A stretch of DNA of 62,065 nucleotides, counting the filler, from Sphacelaria rigidula (Eukaryota): NCBI GenBank assembly GCA_964200075.2. It is 7 parts of 7 records of this genome, joined end to end, with 100 filler letters (N's around TTAATTAATTAA, not from the genome) between each part and the next. Parts side by side here need not be neighbours in the genome. Positions count along the whole stretch, not along the records: positions 17,765 to 26,545 come from CAXNAA020010114.1; positions 26,646 to 35,425 come from CAXNAA020010115.1; positions 35,526 to 44,305 come from CAXNAA020010116.1; 4 more parts are not named here. One strand, written 5' to 3'. Positions 24,996 to 38,845 of the stretch are shown in pieces. Position numbers and translations under genes: made by a program. Each line of letters starts with the position of its first letter. The first letter of the stretch is position 1. Under the pieces are notes generated by a model. The model searched no databases and had not been told where the DNA came from. It saw only the letters and a list, made by a program, of their open reading frames with translations.

Positions 24996-26545
24996 GCTCC
25001 GGGTGTGTTCAGGTCACTTTCTATGGGTACAAACAAATCGTTGAAATACGCGTTCGACAAGCATCGATACAACAATGCCCGAATGCAAGGCGATTCTTCG
25101 CCGATTTTGGCGCTGACGGGGGCTTGATGTATTAGTCCGTCGCGGAAAGACTTGCGGCAATCTGAGAGGTTTCCGGCGAAATATCTCACACACACGATCA
25201 CTGCACACACAAAACTCGTTGCACGCACTGGAGATCAGTGAAGAATGCGGAGCGAAGTTCGTTTGCACATGATGCGGGCGTACAACTCAACGGCAGGAGG
25301 GTCGGTGGAAGCCGCTAAGGCCATTATGCATGTATGTTTTATCGAGACAAGAAGAAGCGCAGAAACACGGGATTTTAACAATTGGGGATGATTTTTTTAG
25401 GATAAGAACCCGGAGAATTAAAATCTTAGAATATTTCTATCTACGCCAAATCTTCGAAGTTTAGTTCCACTCCTTCACCAACCGGTTTCGGCGATCTGAT
25501 CGCATCATCTAAATTCCCCAAAAACGTTTCTTCGCCCAGGACCCCAACACGTCGGTTATCAGGATCCAAATTTGTATGGCGTGTTTGATTTATTTGATTG
25601 ATTGTCGCACTTTAACTGTAGAGTTGTCAATAGCTACCAGCGAGTGAAGAAATGGGACGGTATTTCAAAGCAGATTTGGTGTGGATACGAAGATTTTAAT
25701 TCTCCGCCTTTCTCATCCTCAGTGAAAAATCAATCCCCATTTAGTAAAATCCCGTGTTCGGAACAATACGAGCGTAAAAAAGCAGCATGTCGACTCGGCG
25801 TCGTAGCCATAGACCTGGCTGATGACCAATTAACCTGATGCTTTTGGGGTGTGTTTCATCTTCTTTTTTGGGGGGGTGTATTCAATGTAGTTACGGTGAC
25901 AAAAAACAGCACTTGCAGCGTAGGTTATATCATGTATGTGTAGATGGAGTATACCACCTAAAATTCGGGTACTACTTACAGAAGTATGAAAAAAACTCCA
26001 CCCGCAAGTACCTTTCCGAACCGTAATAATACCGGATCGTTCTGAACAAGGCGGCTCGATACCCTGGTGGACGATACCGGAACGTTCGGCTAACGTTTTG
26101 GTACGGTTTGGTATCCCGATCAAAATGTCCTACTTCCGGGTATACCCTATACAGAACACAATAACTCGTTTTCAATTTTTCGTTCTCGAGAAGACATATA
26201 GCACGACGAGCCCCAAATAAAGGGCGAAGTCATGTGAGGACATTCCCACAGCACAATTACTACTGTTGGTATAGTATTTTCTACTACCTACGGTTCGTAT
26301 AGTATATACTTCGTAGTATTCTACTCATCATCTACAGTAAAGAGGTACGCACTACGCAGAATAGTTTTTCACTGTATCGTGATGAGTCAACGCTTTAATA
26401 TCGTCGCGGCAACACGCGAGGAAAATAAGAGAGAGAGGGAGACTGGGGGAGGGGGGGGGGGGGGGAGAACACGGCTTGAAGGGGGGGGGAAGAGGGCAAA
26501 ACCCAACAACATACCTTTTTGTGGCGGCCCCGGGGGTTCCGTAGT

Positions 26546-26645
26546 NNNNNNNNNNNNNNNNNNNNNNNNNNNNNNNNNNNNNNNNNNNNTTAATTAATTA
26601 ANNNNNNNNNNNNNNNNNNNNNNNNNNNNNNNNNNNNNNNNNNNN
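26546..26645. other. Artificial contig linker
   Basis: N44-TTAATTAATTAA-N44. Confidence 0.98.
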
Positions 26646-27434
26646 CTTTTCCATTCCGTTCGTAAAACAAGAAAAAAAAGAACACCAAGGGGGGGGGGGG
26701 GGGGGGGGGGGGAAGGGAATGGGTACCATCCCCCCTCTTTCAACCGAAAATCATATTAAAGGTAAACGCGCACGTTGGAACTGTTCTGTGTATCCCCACG
26801 CACACAGCCTATGCAGAGCATGTGCACCACCTTTCGCCGGAAAAGACGCGGTTTTACGGCGGCACAGCACACAAGGGCCTCGCAGATGACCCTATTTTGT
26901 CCGACAATGGGGTAAGGAGTACCCTGCAAACACTATGGTACCACGTTTATTTTGTGCCTCATCTTGTCTCATAATGTCTCATATTATGTCCAGAGTGCAC
27001 CTCTTTTTTGACCAATATGGCCCTTTCACAGTCGCCGTTCAATCCACCGCACGACACAAAATCGAATGTCAAAGAACAGCTCTAACCCTCCTTTTTTCCC
27101 TCTTTCTACGGGCTGGGGACGCAAGACTTGGTAGTATTTGCTGGGTGCATCTCCCCCATTATCGGGCGAAATAGGGTACTCTGCGAGACCCTTGTTTCCC
27201 GCGGGGCTATTCCGCCGTGAGACCGCGTGTTTTTCGCAACGTTCGTGTACATGCTCTGCATAGGCTGTGGGCGCTTTCCCTTTGCGTGGGGATTGATTTT
27301 CGGGTGGTTCGGGCCAAGCACGAACAGCTCCAACTTGAGCCGTTACCTGTACCTTGGTTTTGGCTGACATGGGGGACATTGTCTCCACGTTTGTTTGGTG
27401 CCCTGCTAAACAAACCCGAGTGGTGAGACAACCA

Positions 27435-27730
27435 TGAGGCGGCGTATAGGCCGTGGCTGTCTCTGGAAGTGGCAATACCAGAAAAGGAAGCAACCTTATT
27501 GGAGGCTGTCATCCAGATACACGATGATCAGTAGTACGCTTCGGGTCGAACAATTTAAGCAGGATGCAGCCCACCCTTCGTGCGACTCGCCGAACACACT
27601 ACGGCGCTTCGCGCTTGATGATTGATTGCGAGACCGGTCCGGCGAAAAATATGTGTTTTTCGTTCCGGCTTTATAGGGATGCGAGGTCAATGGTCCTTTG
27701 ACTATGGCATGCAGGATCATGAATACATCC
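27435..27730 (+). repeat. Dispersed repeat, homologous to 42455-42880
   Basis: Shared ggctgtct.tggaagtggc.atacca, tacgcttcggg, tgcgactcgccga.caca and tgattgattgcgag..tagggatgcgaggtc. Confidence 0.8.
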
Positions 27731-29989
27731 CAAGAAATCGAGTTTCAAAACTGGCGCATTTCCCAGGGTCAGCTCCACAAAAACAAGATTGGAACGTAGC
27801 GCCAAACCTGGCTGCTTCATTGTTTCGAATACTTGCACCCCATTTCGTGGGGAATGGCCTCGTACCAGTTTTTGAAGACGACGGGATTCGGCTGCTGCGG
27901 GCGAAGGCTAAAACGTCAGGCAGTTGGACACAACTCGGCTGTTCTCCTCCATCATCGCGGGTTTGGCATCATAGCGGCCTTGTCTGGGCACTTCATATCA
28001 GCCTTCGTTTGCTGACCAAGCGTAGCACCGACAACTGGAACCTGCAGCGATCTTCCCACAACAAATGGTACTAGCAAGTGGCGAACGCATGCAAACATAC
28101 TTCAAAAATATAACTAAAGGTATTTTGAAAAATACGCCGCGAGGAGGTTGGGACGGGAGCGTTTCTACATCACCAATTCATATGCCGTCCTGAAGGCACC
28201 CAAACTAGAATCACATTGACCACGTCCTTTCCTAGCATTTCGGACGTCGGACGAATCAAGATTCGTGCGACTTGATTCGTCACGACTGTCGAGTGCGATT
28301 CACGCTTAAAAGAGCAATGCTGAACGGATCATAGCTGGGAAAGATACACGCTCGAGCTAGTATCACACGAAGAACTAATGGGATTGTGCAAGCTCCAAGT
28401 AATGTCGTACGAATACAGAGTACAAAACATGTGAGGATCACAGTTCTTGTACAAATCATTGATGGAACAAAAATCAGCTTGATTTATCCTGCACGAATAG
28501 CGAGCGAATACGTACGCACGATTGATGTCGTATAAACGACAGATGAAAATCGTCTACATATGAACCATGTCGTATGACGAGCACATGCTCCCTCTAATCC
28601 AAGCTACAGGGTCGATTTCGACTACCCACTACATGAGGTCGATTCGTACGTAAGGCCTATTTGCGGCCACTGCATGAGGTCCATTTGTGCCGGCAAGAAA
28701 TGGTGTAAAATATGTTCGGGTATCACTCAATACGAAACCAAACGAACTCCAGAGGCTACCAAACTTCGAGGATGTAGGCAAAGCGCCCCCGACTGTGGAG
28801 CATTTCCTTGGATCTGCGTACATTTTGCTGGCAAAGACAAAGTCGATTAATGCGTCCAGGATTTCTATTACGGCTGTAAGGGGACGGGCTGGTTGAAAAC
28901 ACGTTCGGGTATCACGTAAGATGAACAAAACATTAACTGTCCGGACTACCGAATTCCGGGGATGGAGGATTAGCATCTCCAGGTTAGGAGGATTTCCCCT
29001 GGACCTTTGATGGAACTTGAACCTGAACAAAGGAACGGACTCGCCGTGGGATAAGATAAGAATAACAGGTGATTGTGCTCACAGGACGAAACATCGAGTT
29101 AATGTCTCAAGTTAATATCATGACTCCACACTCGTGCACGACGCCGGAATCGATTGTTTTAGAGGCCTGCTCTTGATATTATGTCTCCAACGTCGAGATG
29201 CTCTAGCAGTGAGATTCTGAACTTGTCCCACGTGGTGGCTAATTTGAGAGAGCCAAGTAGTCGTGGAAGAGTGTGTGTATATATATATATATATGTCAGA
29301 GTTGATAGTCCCGTGTGTGCCTCGAGTCCGCTGTATTTTTGATTTTCACGTATAAGTCATGCGGTATGAACGGCAAGCGAAAAGCGTGTTCCTCTGATTC
29401 ATGCGATATGAACCACTCATGGAAAGAAAGAACGAACCCCCGCTAATGTAGGATCGGGTACGCTTTGATCCGTGCAATCAACCGAGAAATTCCTCTACGC
29501 GTGACTGGTGTTGTGTAACTCTCGCGTCTTATACTCCAGCCAGCCAGGATGGGCGATCGGGGTGCTGTTGTCAATATTCGAGCAAAACTGATGCTACTTC
29601 AACAGATGACCTGCCCTGGCGGTTCAAGGATTGGCTAGGGCGCGATGCTCATTCAACAGATCGCCCACCGTACAGCGGCCGAAGAGTTCAACCCTTCTAT
29701 TCGTCCGGAATGTCCAAACGGACCCGTCTCCTGCCAGACAAGTATCAACATGAACATACAAAGTATAGCATTCCGACATCATCTGTCACAGGTTAGGTTC
29801 GTCACAATACGCGAAGGTAGAGCCGCACGAAGTGGGGGCGCGGGAATGACCTAATAGGTATGCTTCATGAATGACAGTTGAGGAATACATACCAAGGGGT
29901 CCTGGCAGATGAAGCGATGGCCAGGAGGATGTGCACCGGAGTCATCTCGCACAACTGATAGGTGAGGGGGGCATCCGGTTGATTGATGC

Positions 29990-30620
29990 ATATAAATGAC
30001 GGGTGGGGGATATGTACAGATGATTCATGCCGTGTATATGAAAGGCGACCCAACACTTGCATACCGAGGCGTATGGATACCAACACCCACAGATACCCAC
30101 CACTCACGAATATCGTTTCTGGCGCTAGCCCTTGCTCATCTACGCGGTGCAGTATTGTTCGACGGAGGTTTGCTCAGCTATGAAAAAGAGGCAGCCATGT
30201 GCGTGTCATGTTGGAGACGAAAACCTGCCGTTCCTGCCCCTTCTGTGGGTGGTTTGGGCGCGCATTTGACACGAATATTTGTTTCCCATCGCATTCTGAA
30301 CAGTTTCGACCGAGGGCGCCGGCACCGTGCTCAGCTCATGAACAGCTGGGTTGTGTGCTCATGGTTTGCAGGGGCAACGAGTTCGTTGCGTTCACATCTG
30401 GCAGTGTCGGGGTATGCGCCACGCCTTTATATGTGCTTCGGTCAACGTTACATTTTGGTTCCCCTTCGAGCTGAAACAGTCAGAGGAAGACCATCTCGTT
30501 AAAATGAAAATCAACACGTACAGCGAGGGGCCTCGGTTCTGTCCGATAGTTTCGGCTGACTATCCCGAGGGAGAAGTGTACAATGTGTTGTCATCATGTA
30601 ACGTTTCAAACAACGTGCAG
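29990..30620 (+). pseudogene. Degraded Ty1/copia integrase remnant
   Basis: Collinear fragments TGGGY (GGEY), TPTDTHH (TPQQ region), RVMLETK.LP, SHLAVSG (SHLRVFG), ELKQSEEDHLV (KLE.K..EG.LVGY) and SSCNV (SRNV). Confidence 0.5.
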
Positions 30621-31094
30621 TACAGGGGGTACTTGACGGCATACAGTACAATAGAAAGGTCCGTCATCGCCCTTCTCCCGTCCAAGTTGCTCAGGACTGG
30701 TATGAAGCACTCACACACAATAACACGGCTGCGCTGGCACCGGGCGGGGAAGGCTGGGCAAATGTGATGTTACGAACCTTTTGATCGATATGTGCTTAGC
30801 CACCAGATTGTCCACATGCCCCCCTTGACTAGCAAGGACGTTTTCCACATATGGTTATAGGCTGGTTCACGGTGAACGCCCAAAATGTATTCCACACTAA
30901 CCACAGAACGCAAACCGGACCCGACATGAACATATTAGGTGCCAGAGTGAGCACCACAAGCATGTGAACGGTGAGTGTGACACAGCCAAGATGTTCCTTG
31001 CGTCTTTTGCTGTGGCCTGAGTACTGAGAATATTCCTCGACTAATCAGGGGCCTCGAAATTGTTCGAGACTGAAAATGCGAATTTCCGACACGA

Positions 31095-31545
31095 TTTGTA
31101 CCCAATCTTCGATAAATGCTTTTGAGTTTGGAAAAAAAAAACTCCTGTTGAAAAGTATCTTTCAGGCCCTTCTCCGCCGCTCTACGCCAGAACAAAGGGT
31201 TAGGCGGATGTTGACACCTTGAAATGACTTGCTCTTCTCGTCGAGGACGTTCCAGGGCAACTTTGCGTTTCTCGCTGGCGGCACTTTCATTTTTGGTAAA
31301 GCTTGAACTGTTGATAACGATAGGTCAAGTCTTGTCGGGATAACTGCCGAAAATATTTCGGCTATGAATGAAACAGCGGCCAGCGGCAAACACAAAGCTG
31401 CTCTGGAACATTCTGAGCGAGTTCAGCATACCATCCCAAGGTGCAAGCATCCGCCTAGCCCTCTTTTTGAGCGTACAGCGACGCAGAAGGGCCCAAGAGG
31501 TACTTTTCAACAGGAGTTTTTTTCCCAACCCATAAGAATTGGTAT
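31095..31545. mobile_element. Foldback element with diverged inverted arms (~31095-31225 and ~31432-31545)
   Basis: aaaactcctgttgaaaagta..ggcccttct..ttaggcggatg..caccttg is the reverse complement of caaggtg..catccgcctag..agaagggcc..tacttttcaacaggagtttt. The arm resembles 50640-50720. Confidence 0.7.
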
Positions 31546-32703
31546 CATCATGAATAAAACCTCAGCATCTAAGAAATCAAGCGCAAAAGCAGAACTGAAA
31601 ACGGCTCGTATGGGACCAAGGTATACCCAAAACCGTGATATTTCGGTGATGTGCGTGCGGTTTCTGGCGTCGTTTGACTTCCACTGATTGCATGAATCTA
31701 ACAGCCAGAGAGCCTCATGACCGTATCATCTCAAAACTGTCGTTAAAAAGCTCCGATAATCCTCAAGCTTGGCAGCTTAGAAGATGTGGGTGTTTGAAAT
31801 AGGGAAACAACCTTCAAAAATATTTCAGAGCACAAGGCGGCGGCATGAGCCTCTGGATCCTCGGGACGCGCCAGATTGCCAGTGGAGAAAAACAAATTGA
31901 CACAAATATTCACAACATCCCGTAGTACACGTGAACACAAAATAATGGTCCCTCTCGAAAAACCAGCGTGACAAACCGCTGGAGAGTGCATTTTAGACGT
32001 TCAACCCGAGCCGACCTGTATCGTGTTTTTTGTGTACTTTACAATCACACACTTACTCCCACTGACACTCCAGCTTGCGAAATTTGGAATCCTAAGCCAC
32101 TCACTCACGCAATGAGCCGATTGCAAGGTTGGCAACGCGCCCTCTATTCTAGTTGTTCCAGGTGTCCATCTAACCTGAGGAGTCCGGTGTCAGAGGGACC
32201 AACCTATCCCGAGAAGAAACGGTCTGAAAAAATCGCGACACTTTCGGAGCATCAACGATCTCCCACAGATATCTTCCTTACATGAACAACATGAGGTATT
32301 TTCAACAGTCAAAGAATGTAGTCATCCAGAAGTGAAATCGTACAGCCCATCACCAGTAGGGGAATCCTGCGAGGGTAGGTCGGGGAGGGTATGTACTTCG
32401 AATACGTAGGTAAAATATCCGGGTATTTACTCTACCCAAGGTTTGGGTAGATTGGGTACGGCCCCGATTACCCTACCCAAATTTTGGGTACATTAGGTAC
32501 GACCTCAAAACTCCGGGGCTGTGTGCCGTATACCTGAGCATGTCTGTTGCACATGGTGCGTACTGTCTGGACATCTTGAAATGTGCAGCGCCTGGTCACA
32601 GCGTGTTGAACTCTGTACCGCAGGAGCCGCCAACAAGTACAGTGGGGGTTCAATGGTCTGTCGTAGCCAAAGCCGATGTTCCGTAGCTTATACATTGACG
32701 GTA

Positions 32704-32820
32704 TTGTCAGTCATTTCGTGTAAAGGCTCACCTGTCTACAGGCAGAACGAAGTTGGTGATTTTGTCAGTCATTTCGTGTAAAGGTTCACCTGTCTACAGG
32801 CAGAATGAAGTTGGTGATTT
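32704..32820 (+). repeat. 58-bp tandem duplication
   Basis: ttgtcagtcatttcgtgtaaagg.tcacctgtctacaggcagaa.gaagttggtgatt occurs twice. Confidence 0.9.
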
Positions 32821-34119
32821 TGTTTTTGGTGCAGTCAGCCTTCCGTAACGGTGTGTCTCTCTGCAGCTGGGAAAACGAGATAGTTCTCCGGTAAGGTTTT
32901 CTCTATTAGCACTCGACGGCATGGTCTATAAATAAAATGACAAGTAGTTTATGCGTGAGAAAGACGCCCCTGGTCGTGGAAAAGTCACAAGTTGCGTGTG
33001 GGCCAAGTTGTGTTGGCTCCAGCTGAATGAAGATTACTTGCGAACTTCAACACAAAGTACAGTACAGCTGTACTGACTGTTAGCCACTCGCGGCCCTAGC
33101 TTCACAGCTTACAGTGCGCCAGCACCCCAACATACGGGCTATGCTAGTAGCAGCATGGTAATTGTATCGCTAGGCACGCCTAAAACCTTTTCATGGTGGT
33201 ACATTTCATAGTGACCAAGTTGTACTGCCTCTGCTCGCGTGGCAACGAGCGGCAAACTGCCGCTTGAACCCCTTCCCCGCTAGGCTGAAAAGTTGAATAT
33301 TTACCTTTCTTTATCCACCTTACGTTACAGAGACTTCATGTCGATGACATCGAGGATGGAGAGAAGATGGTGAGTGTCACATTCAGACAAAGGATATGCT
33401 GACCAAAAATACACGCGTCTCGGCAACGCTCTAATTTCAAAAAAACGATACCGACCTAGCAAGCAATGACAGGTTAGGAAGCGCACTTTATTGATTCGCC
33501 GAGCTTTTGTCAATGTCAGTAGCTCCTGGAATTACCACTTTAAAGCACTTTTGTCTTTTCCCACGAAACACATGCGAAACCCAAAACAGTGGGAGAGACA
33601 TTGCAAGCTTTCAAAGCCGTCCAATCAATGAACTACATACGCTGCCGGAAGATACGCCGACCAAAACAAAGGGTGTTTCCGGAACTGTCTAAGGACAAAA
33701 ACGTCAAAATCCGGTAACGCCGTAAAGTGAAGGAAGACTTTGAAATACAGTACTCAACGTCAGAAGTATACAGAATTCGCAATTAATTACTTCCTCAAAG
33801 ATCTCCCAGATTTGTTTCGCTTGCCACCGCTCATCACAGTGACTGTTGGATGCCAAAAACTGGGCATCTGGAGATATGTTCATCCTTTTGACAAATATTG
33901 AAAGAAAACATGTAATGTGATCAAAATTGAGTGACTTACGGGCTTGACCAATCTTCGGGGGTCCTGCGGAAGTGCAACCCCGGGTTCTATCTTTGCGGTA
34001 TTTTCGGTGGACCGTCCCGATCCCGACCATATAAGTTAAGACTCACAAAATATTAATTTTTCGAAATTCTGCCTATTCACTACGCTGAAGACGGAAAACC
34101 ATGTTCCTTGAACAAGTTA

Positions 34120-34620
34120 CGGTCAATAACACCCTCCTGATACGCGGGGTCACTACTCCGTATCGCCCCCACAACACTAACTTGGACATTGTGGTTTGAG
34201 TATGGTCTGCTTATTCTACCACAACGGTCGACGCTAGTACTTTCGAGTGCTCATGGGAAATGATACGCGAAAAAAACCCGGAAAGAGGCCATCCGCAGAA
34301 AATGCTAGACTGAGATCTATGCAGTATAGGAGGGAAACACGATCTCGAGCGCGATTGTGAAGAATTTTATACGTACTCGTGTATCTGAATATTCACCGTT
34401 TCGTTGCGGAAGAGCCGGAGAACTGCCTAAATTGGACAAAAAACGTTCAATGACACCCTCCTGATAAACGGGGTATCTAGTCCGTATCGCCCCAAAAGCA
34501 CCAACTTGGGCACTGCAGTTTGAGCGCAGCCTACGCTGTCCCCCTAAATCCACCGGCGCTAGCACTTTCAAGCAGTAAAAGTAATGAAGAATAGCACTCG
34601 AGAAAAATTCAAAAACTGCA
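34120..34620 (+). repeat. Diverged tandem duplication (~325-bp period)
   Basis: tcaat.acaccctcctgata..tccgtatcgcccc..aacttgg..gtttgag..gcgctag.actttc occurs at ~34122 and ~34447. Confidence 0.75.
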
Positions 34621-35425
34621 ACAACTACGGATTCTGAAAACTTCTGATGCTGACTACTATAATACGTGCACCACTGGAACAGAAGTTTGATCCAAGATGG
34701 CGGACACTCCTGAAAACGCACCTTGCCCCCCCATTAATAGTGGTACCCCTCAGCTGGACCTTGGGGTAACGTCCCAGTTGGGCGCGACATAACTCGACGG
34801 ACAAATGTGATGCATGTTTTTTAACAGTAATATCATAGCTGAACGAACGACATGCTCGAGCTCTTTCACGTTTATCGGATCTTTCTTCAGCAGCGAAAGT
34901 CTCCAGTCCCCTCATCACAGTGGGAGCCATGGAATGCTCAAAAGTGTATTGCACTGTTCAAGAAAGCAACAACGATAGTCTATGGCTCCACTACACATCA
35001 ATCGCGTGCCCAACTACGGGACAGGCAAGGGCATAATCCGAAACTTGATTTTTTTCGAAGTGTTTCCATAACTGAGGCCTTTTCTCACGGCTGGTTTTTG
35101 ACAAATATTACGAGGAAAAAAAACAAGAAGACGTCTTGCGGTTCGTATTTTCACAAAATTCCACACCCTGTACAACTATCTGTGACGATGAATACACTAG
35201 AATTTCGATGCACTTGGCAACAGGGGACAAAAATACATATTGGATATACGACCGCGGGCCACAGCCACGGAGGCCAGTTTTGCGCCATCTCATGCGCTGC
35301 TGTGCGCAGCACACCGGGGGCCTGGCGGGTTTGAGCGCTATTTACTATCCTCCGTTCCCCGTCCTCCGACCAAGGCCATGACCGGTCTTGTTGGTACGGC
35401 GTGGGAGGGTCTTTTCGGCGGGTGT

Positions 35426-35525
35426 NNNNNNNNNNNNNNNNNNNNNNNNNNNNNNNNNNNNNNNNNNNNTTAATTAATTAANNNNNNNNNNNNNNNNNNN
35501 NNNNNNNNNNNNNNNNNNNNNNNNN
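35426..35525. other. Artificial contig linker
   Basis: N44-TTAATTAATTAA-N44. Confidence 0.98.
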
Positions 35526-37639
35526 GGTCAAATGACTAAGGCAAGCAACAAATGAGTACGCCCCCCCCCCCCCATCTCGAGCCACAGGACGAGGTTGCTC
35601 CATCTACAGACACTGCTCTCTCTCTCTCCATCAATGTGCATGAAGAGGAGATCCTTGCAGCCGGGGGGTTGTGCTTGCTCGCCGGTTATATCTAACCCAA
35701 AAACCATAGTCACGGCTACACCTGGGTCGGGAAAACGGTTGAGGGAGTCGACGCTTTCACGGGAAAGTGAGAGCCCCGCAGGGGACATGGGGGGTGGGAC
35801 AGAACCAGAAATGCGCCAGTCTCCATGTCTCAACAGTCACAATAATGTTACTCCACAAAGCGTTACGTCACAACATTCATCAAAGTTGTGTGAGATTAGA
35901 CGCGCTCTTAGTTTAGTATGCCACCCGCGCGTGACATGTCGTATTCCACGTTTGAAACAGCTGTCAGCGCTTTCAGCTTCGTCGACAACTGAATCCTTAG
36001 ACCGCGAGTTTAGTCCACCTGGATCATGCATTCCTTTTTTAAGTGACATTGATGCCGATTCAACAGGTGGCCTATTCTCGCCATCAAAGGGTTGAGAACG
36101 GGTGATGTCAGGTGCGCTTCTTACTTAGGCATGTCGTTCGCAGCATGCTTGCATATCACGTGGTGGGTCCAGCTCTGTCAGCTTTCAGATCGACAAACAG
36201 CCCAACCGGGCGACGATGTGCATGTTTTCCTTAGCAGGTTGTGCGAACATGCCTGTACACCACATATGAATTGAGCTCTTATCGGCAATTTCAACCATAT
36301 ACCATCACAACACTACATCGTCTGGACATGTGGGTTAATCCAAATATATTTTCATACACAGCATCTCACAGGTCAAAATATCCCTCATCTCTTCGTTCGG
36401 GAACATCGCCCCCCCCCCCCCTCCCGCGAGATAAGAAAACGGCCCAAGCGAATCTTCTTGTCCCAACATTCGCTTCTGTTCAAATCGTGAACAATACAGA
36501 CGATTTCCTGATGGTGAAATCCCGTTTTTGACAATCGCGTCTCGCGATCGAAATATACAGAGCGTACTACAGTGCCACAGAACGCATCCCCACTTGTATT
36601 GGAACACACTGGTCAGCGGTCGCGCGCCTCCACCACTACGTTTCTTATGAATGTCACATGAATGGTTTGGGTCCGCCACAAAACCAGACCCATCTCCACG
36701 CGGATCACCATGGGGACGAGAAACATCTTGACCGCATCCATAGACCTCACATCGCCACACCACTTTTTTCCATGGCATTCACGTTTAGGACATGTGCTCC
36801 CCGATGAATTTTATGTACCTCTTTTCCGCACAATGCGAAGGGCGCCCGTGTCCTGCGCTTTCGTGTAGCCGCTGAGTGACGACGGCACTTTCGCACAACA
36901 CGTTCCCCACAGGCGCCGTGGATTCCTCATGAACCAGCCCCACTCTCCAGAGGGAGCCGAACCTCGCCACTGGACCATTGGGTGCCGGGACCCTCCTAAT
37001 CCTGCACCCGTGGCGGGGTGAGACCCGCCACATCCCTCTTCTCCCCCACTTACAGCGACCCCGGCTCTGCAGATGGTGTCCCTTGCGCAGCTTGGGGCGC
37101 GACTGCCTGTCACGTTACCTACACTGCCCCTCGAGTCCGCAGTATCGTGTCCGTATTCCATTCAGGGGTAATAGAACACCGGTTGAAGGTCTGGGGTATT
37201 TCGTTGTCAGTGACCGGGAGGCAGTAGGGTGGAGACGGCTGTGAAGGTCAATCACAGCACACGGCTGGCAGTCGATCACGTTTGCATAGAAGAGTAGTGT
37301 TGTTGTGCAAGGCAGGCAAAGAGAAGAAGTGTACACGTGTACGGTCAGAGTCGCAGCAAAACGTTATGTGAGTCCTGAGCACCCCAACTGGTTTTGTAAA
37401 TCCCGCCGTGTGTAACGGTCAGAACACACAGCAAAAATGCCACACGGCTGTATTTAGGATACAATACCATGGACCCCACTGATCACCCTGTTCACAGGAA
37501 ACAACATCTACCCCTGATGATCACATCCATAGATGAATACCTAGGGGATCGGTCCATGTGTGACAGCCGGTCGATCCAACACCCTGCGCCGCCCACCCCC
37601 CACTGTCTCCTCGCATTATTCCGACACCTACGCTCGATA

Positions 37640-38845
37640 CCTCAGGCTGCTCAGCATACTCGTAGTGGCACCCCTACATCCGCCGGTAAAGGTGCTCCGT
37701 CCTCTTCTTCCTACCGCCGCATCTCTACAGGAGGAGGTGAGGACAGCAGGGCATTGCCATAGCAAGATGTGTAATCCTCCTGCCCTTGAAATTGCAGTCT
37801 GTACCCACTGATGATTCGAGGAAATCGTTTCTGCGCCTAAGATCGGAGGCTACTCGAAGTTCTTCGAACTGCAGCAGCTACGCGTGACACCTGCTGGATC
37901 ACCTGGTTTTGCGAAGAGTGCCAAAAATAATTCCTGAACATCATGTCCGAAAGCAAGGGAGCAACGGCCATGATGACCTACTCGTTGTGGTTTAGCCCCG
38001 CCCGTGGTGGGACAATGTCTTGGTGTGTCATCACACATACACACACACAAACACACACGACAAGTGGCGAAAGAGAAAGCTGTGTACACGCCAAACAGTC
38101 GGTGGACACAACGGGACAATTCTCCGAAACGTCAGTCATCCCAAAATGTATTGGTTTTACACTCGAGAACGTTTTGGAGCGCTTTTGTCCACCCACTGAT
38201 CAAAATATACCGTTAAGCTAGTATTCTGAATACTCTCAGGTATGCAATGTACTGAATAAACCATCTTGTTTTGGCGTGTGTAAAGGGTAAAGCCAAGAAT
38301 CGAAAATCTTCCAGCACGTTCTCTCTCTCTCTCTCTCTCTCGCAGGAAACAGAAAACCTCGTAGCCGAGGAAAGACACCCGGCACAAAGACTAGAAAGGG
38401 GGGTGATACGGCAGCTCCCGCCGCCGACGCTCCCACGGACGCCGCTGCCATCACTGGGAAAGCGGGTATAGATGGCTGCTCACAGAAGGGAAAGGCAACA
38501 CGTGCGGGCGAACCCGGCAATCGTGGCGGAGGTCATGTAGGTAGTGGCAGCGGGAAGCGTGGGAAAATCGATGGAAGAGAGGTTGGGCGGGGACTGGAAA
38601 TAGCCAGTGGTGGAGGTGCGGTGGAATCCGTGAGGACTCACCAACAGGTAGTGATGAAGCACGTGCTCGATCAAGATCTCAGGATGGACCTTCAAGGTAT
38701 CGTGCGGTGTGAGGGCATTGCTGCTGCTGCTGCTGCTGCTGCTGTTGTTGCTGTTGTTGTTGTTGTTATCATTACGGAATAGAAGGAATGTGCGGGATCG
38801 GCAAGTTAGGGCACCGTTCAGGTAGGTGATTTAGTGCGTCTTTCC
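37640..38845 (-). pseudogene. Exon-like fragments with in-frame stops; possible P-loop (AAA+) gene relic
   Basis: A cttcag acceptor is followed by (G)KTH*ITYLNGAL...NNNNSSSS...KVHPEILIEHVLHHYLLVSPHG. A second exon-like block at ~37640-37905 has several stops. Confidence 0.3.

Noticed and set aside
24749-25135. His/Thr- or Cys/Val-repeat ORFs
   Set aside because: They are translations of a (CA)n microsatellite.
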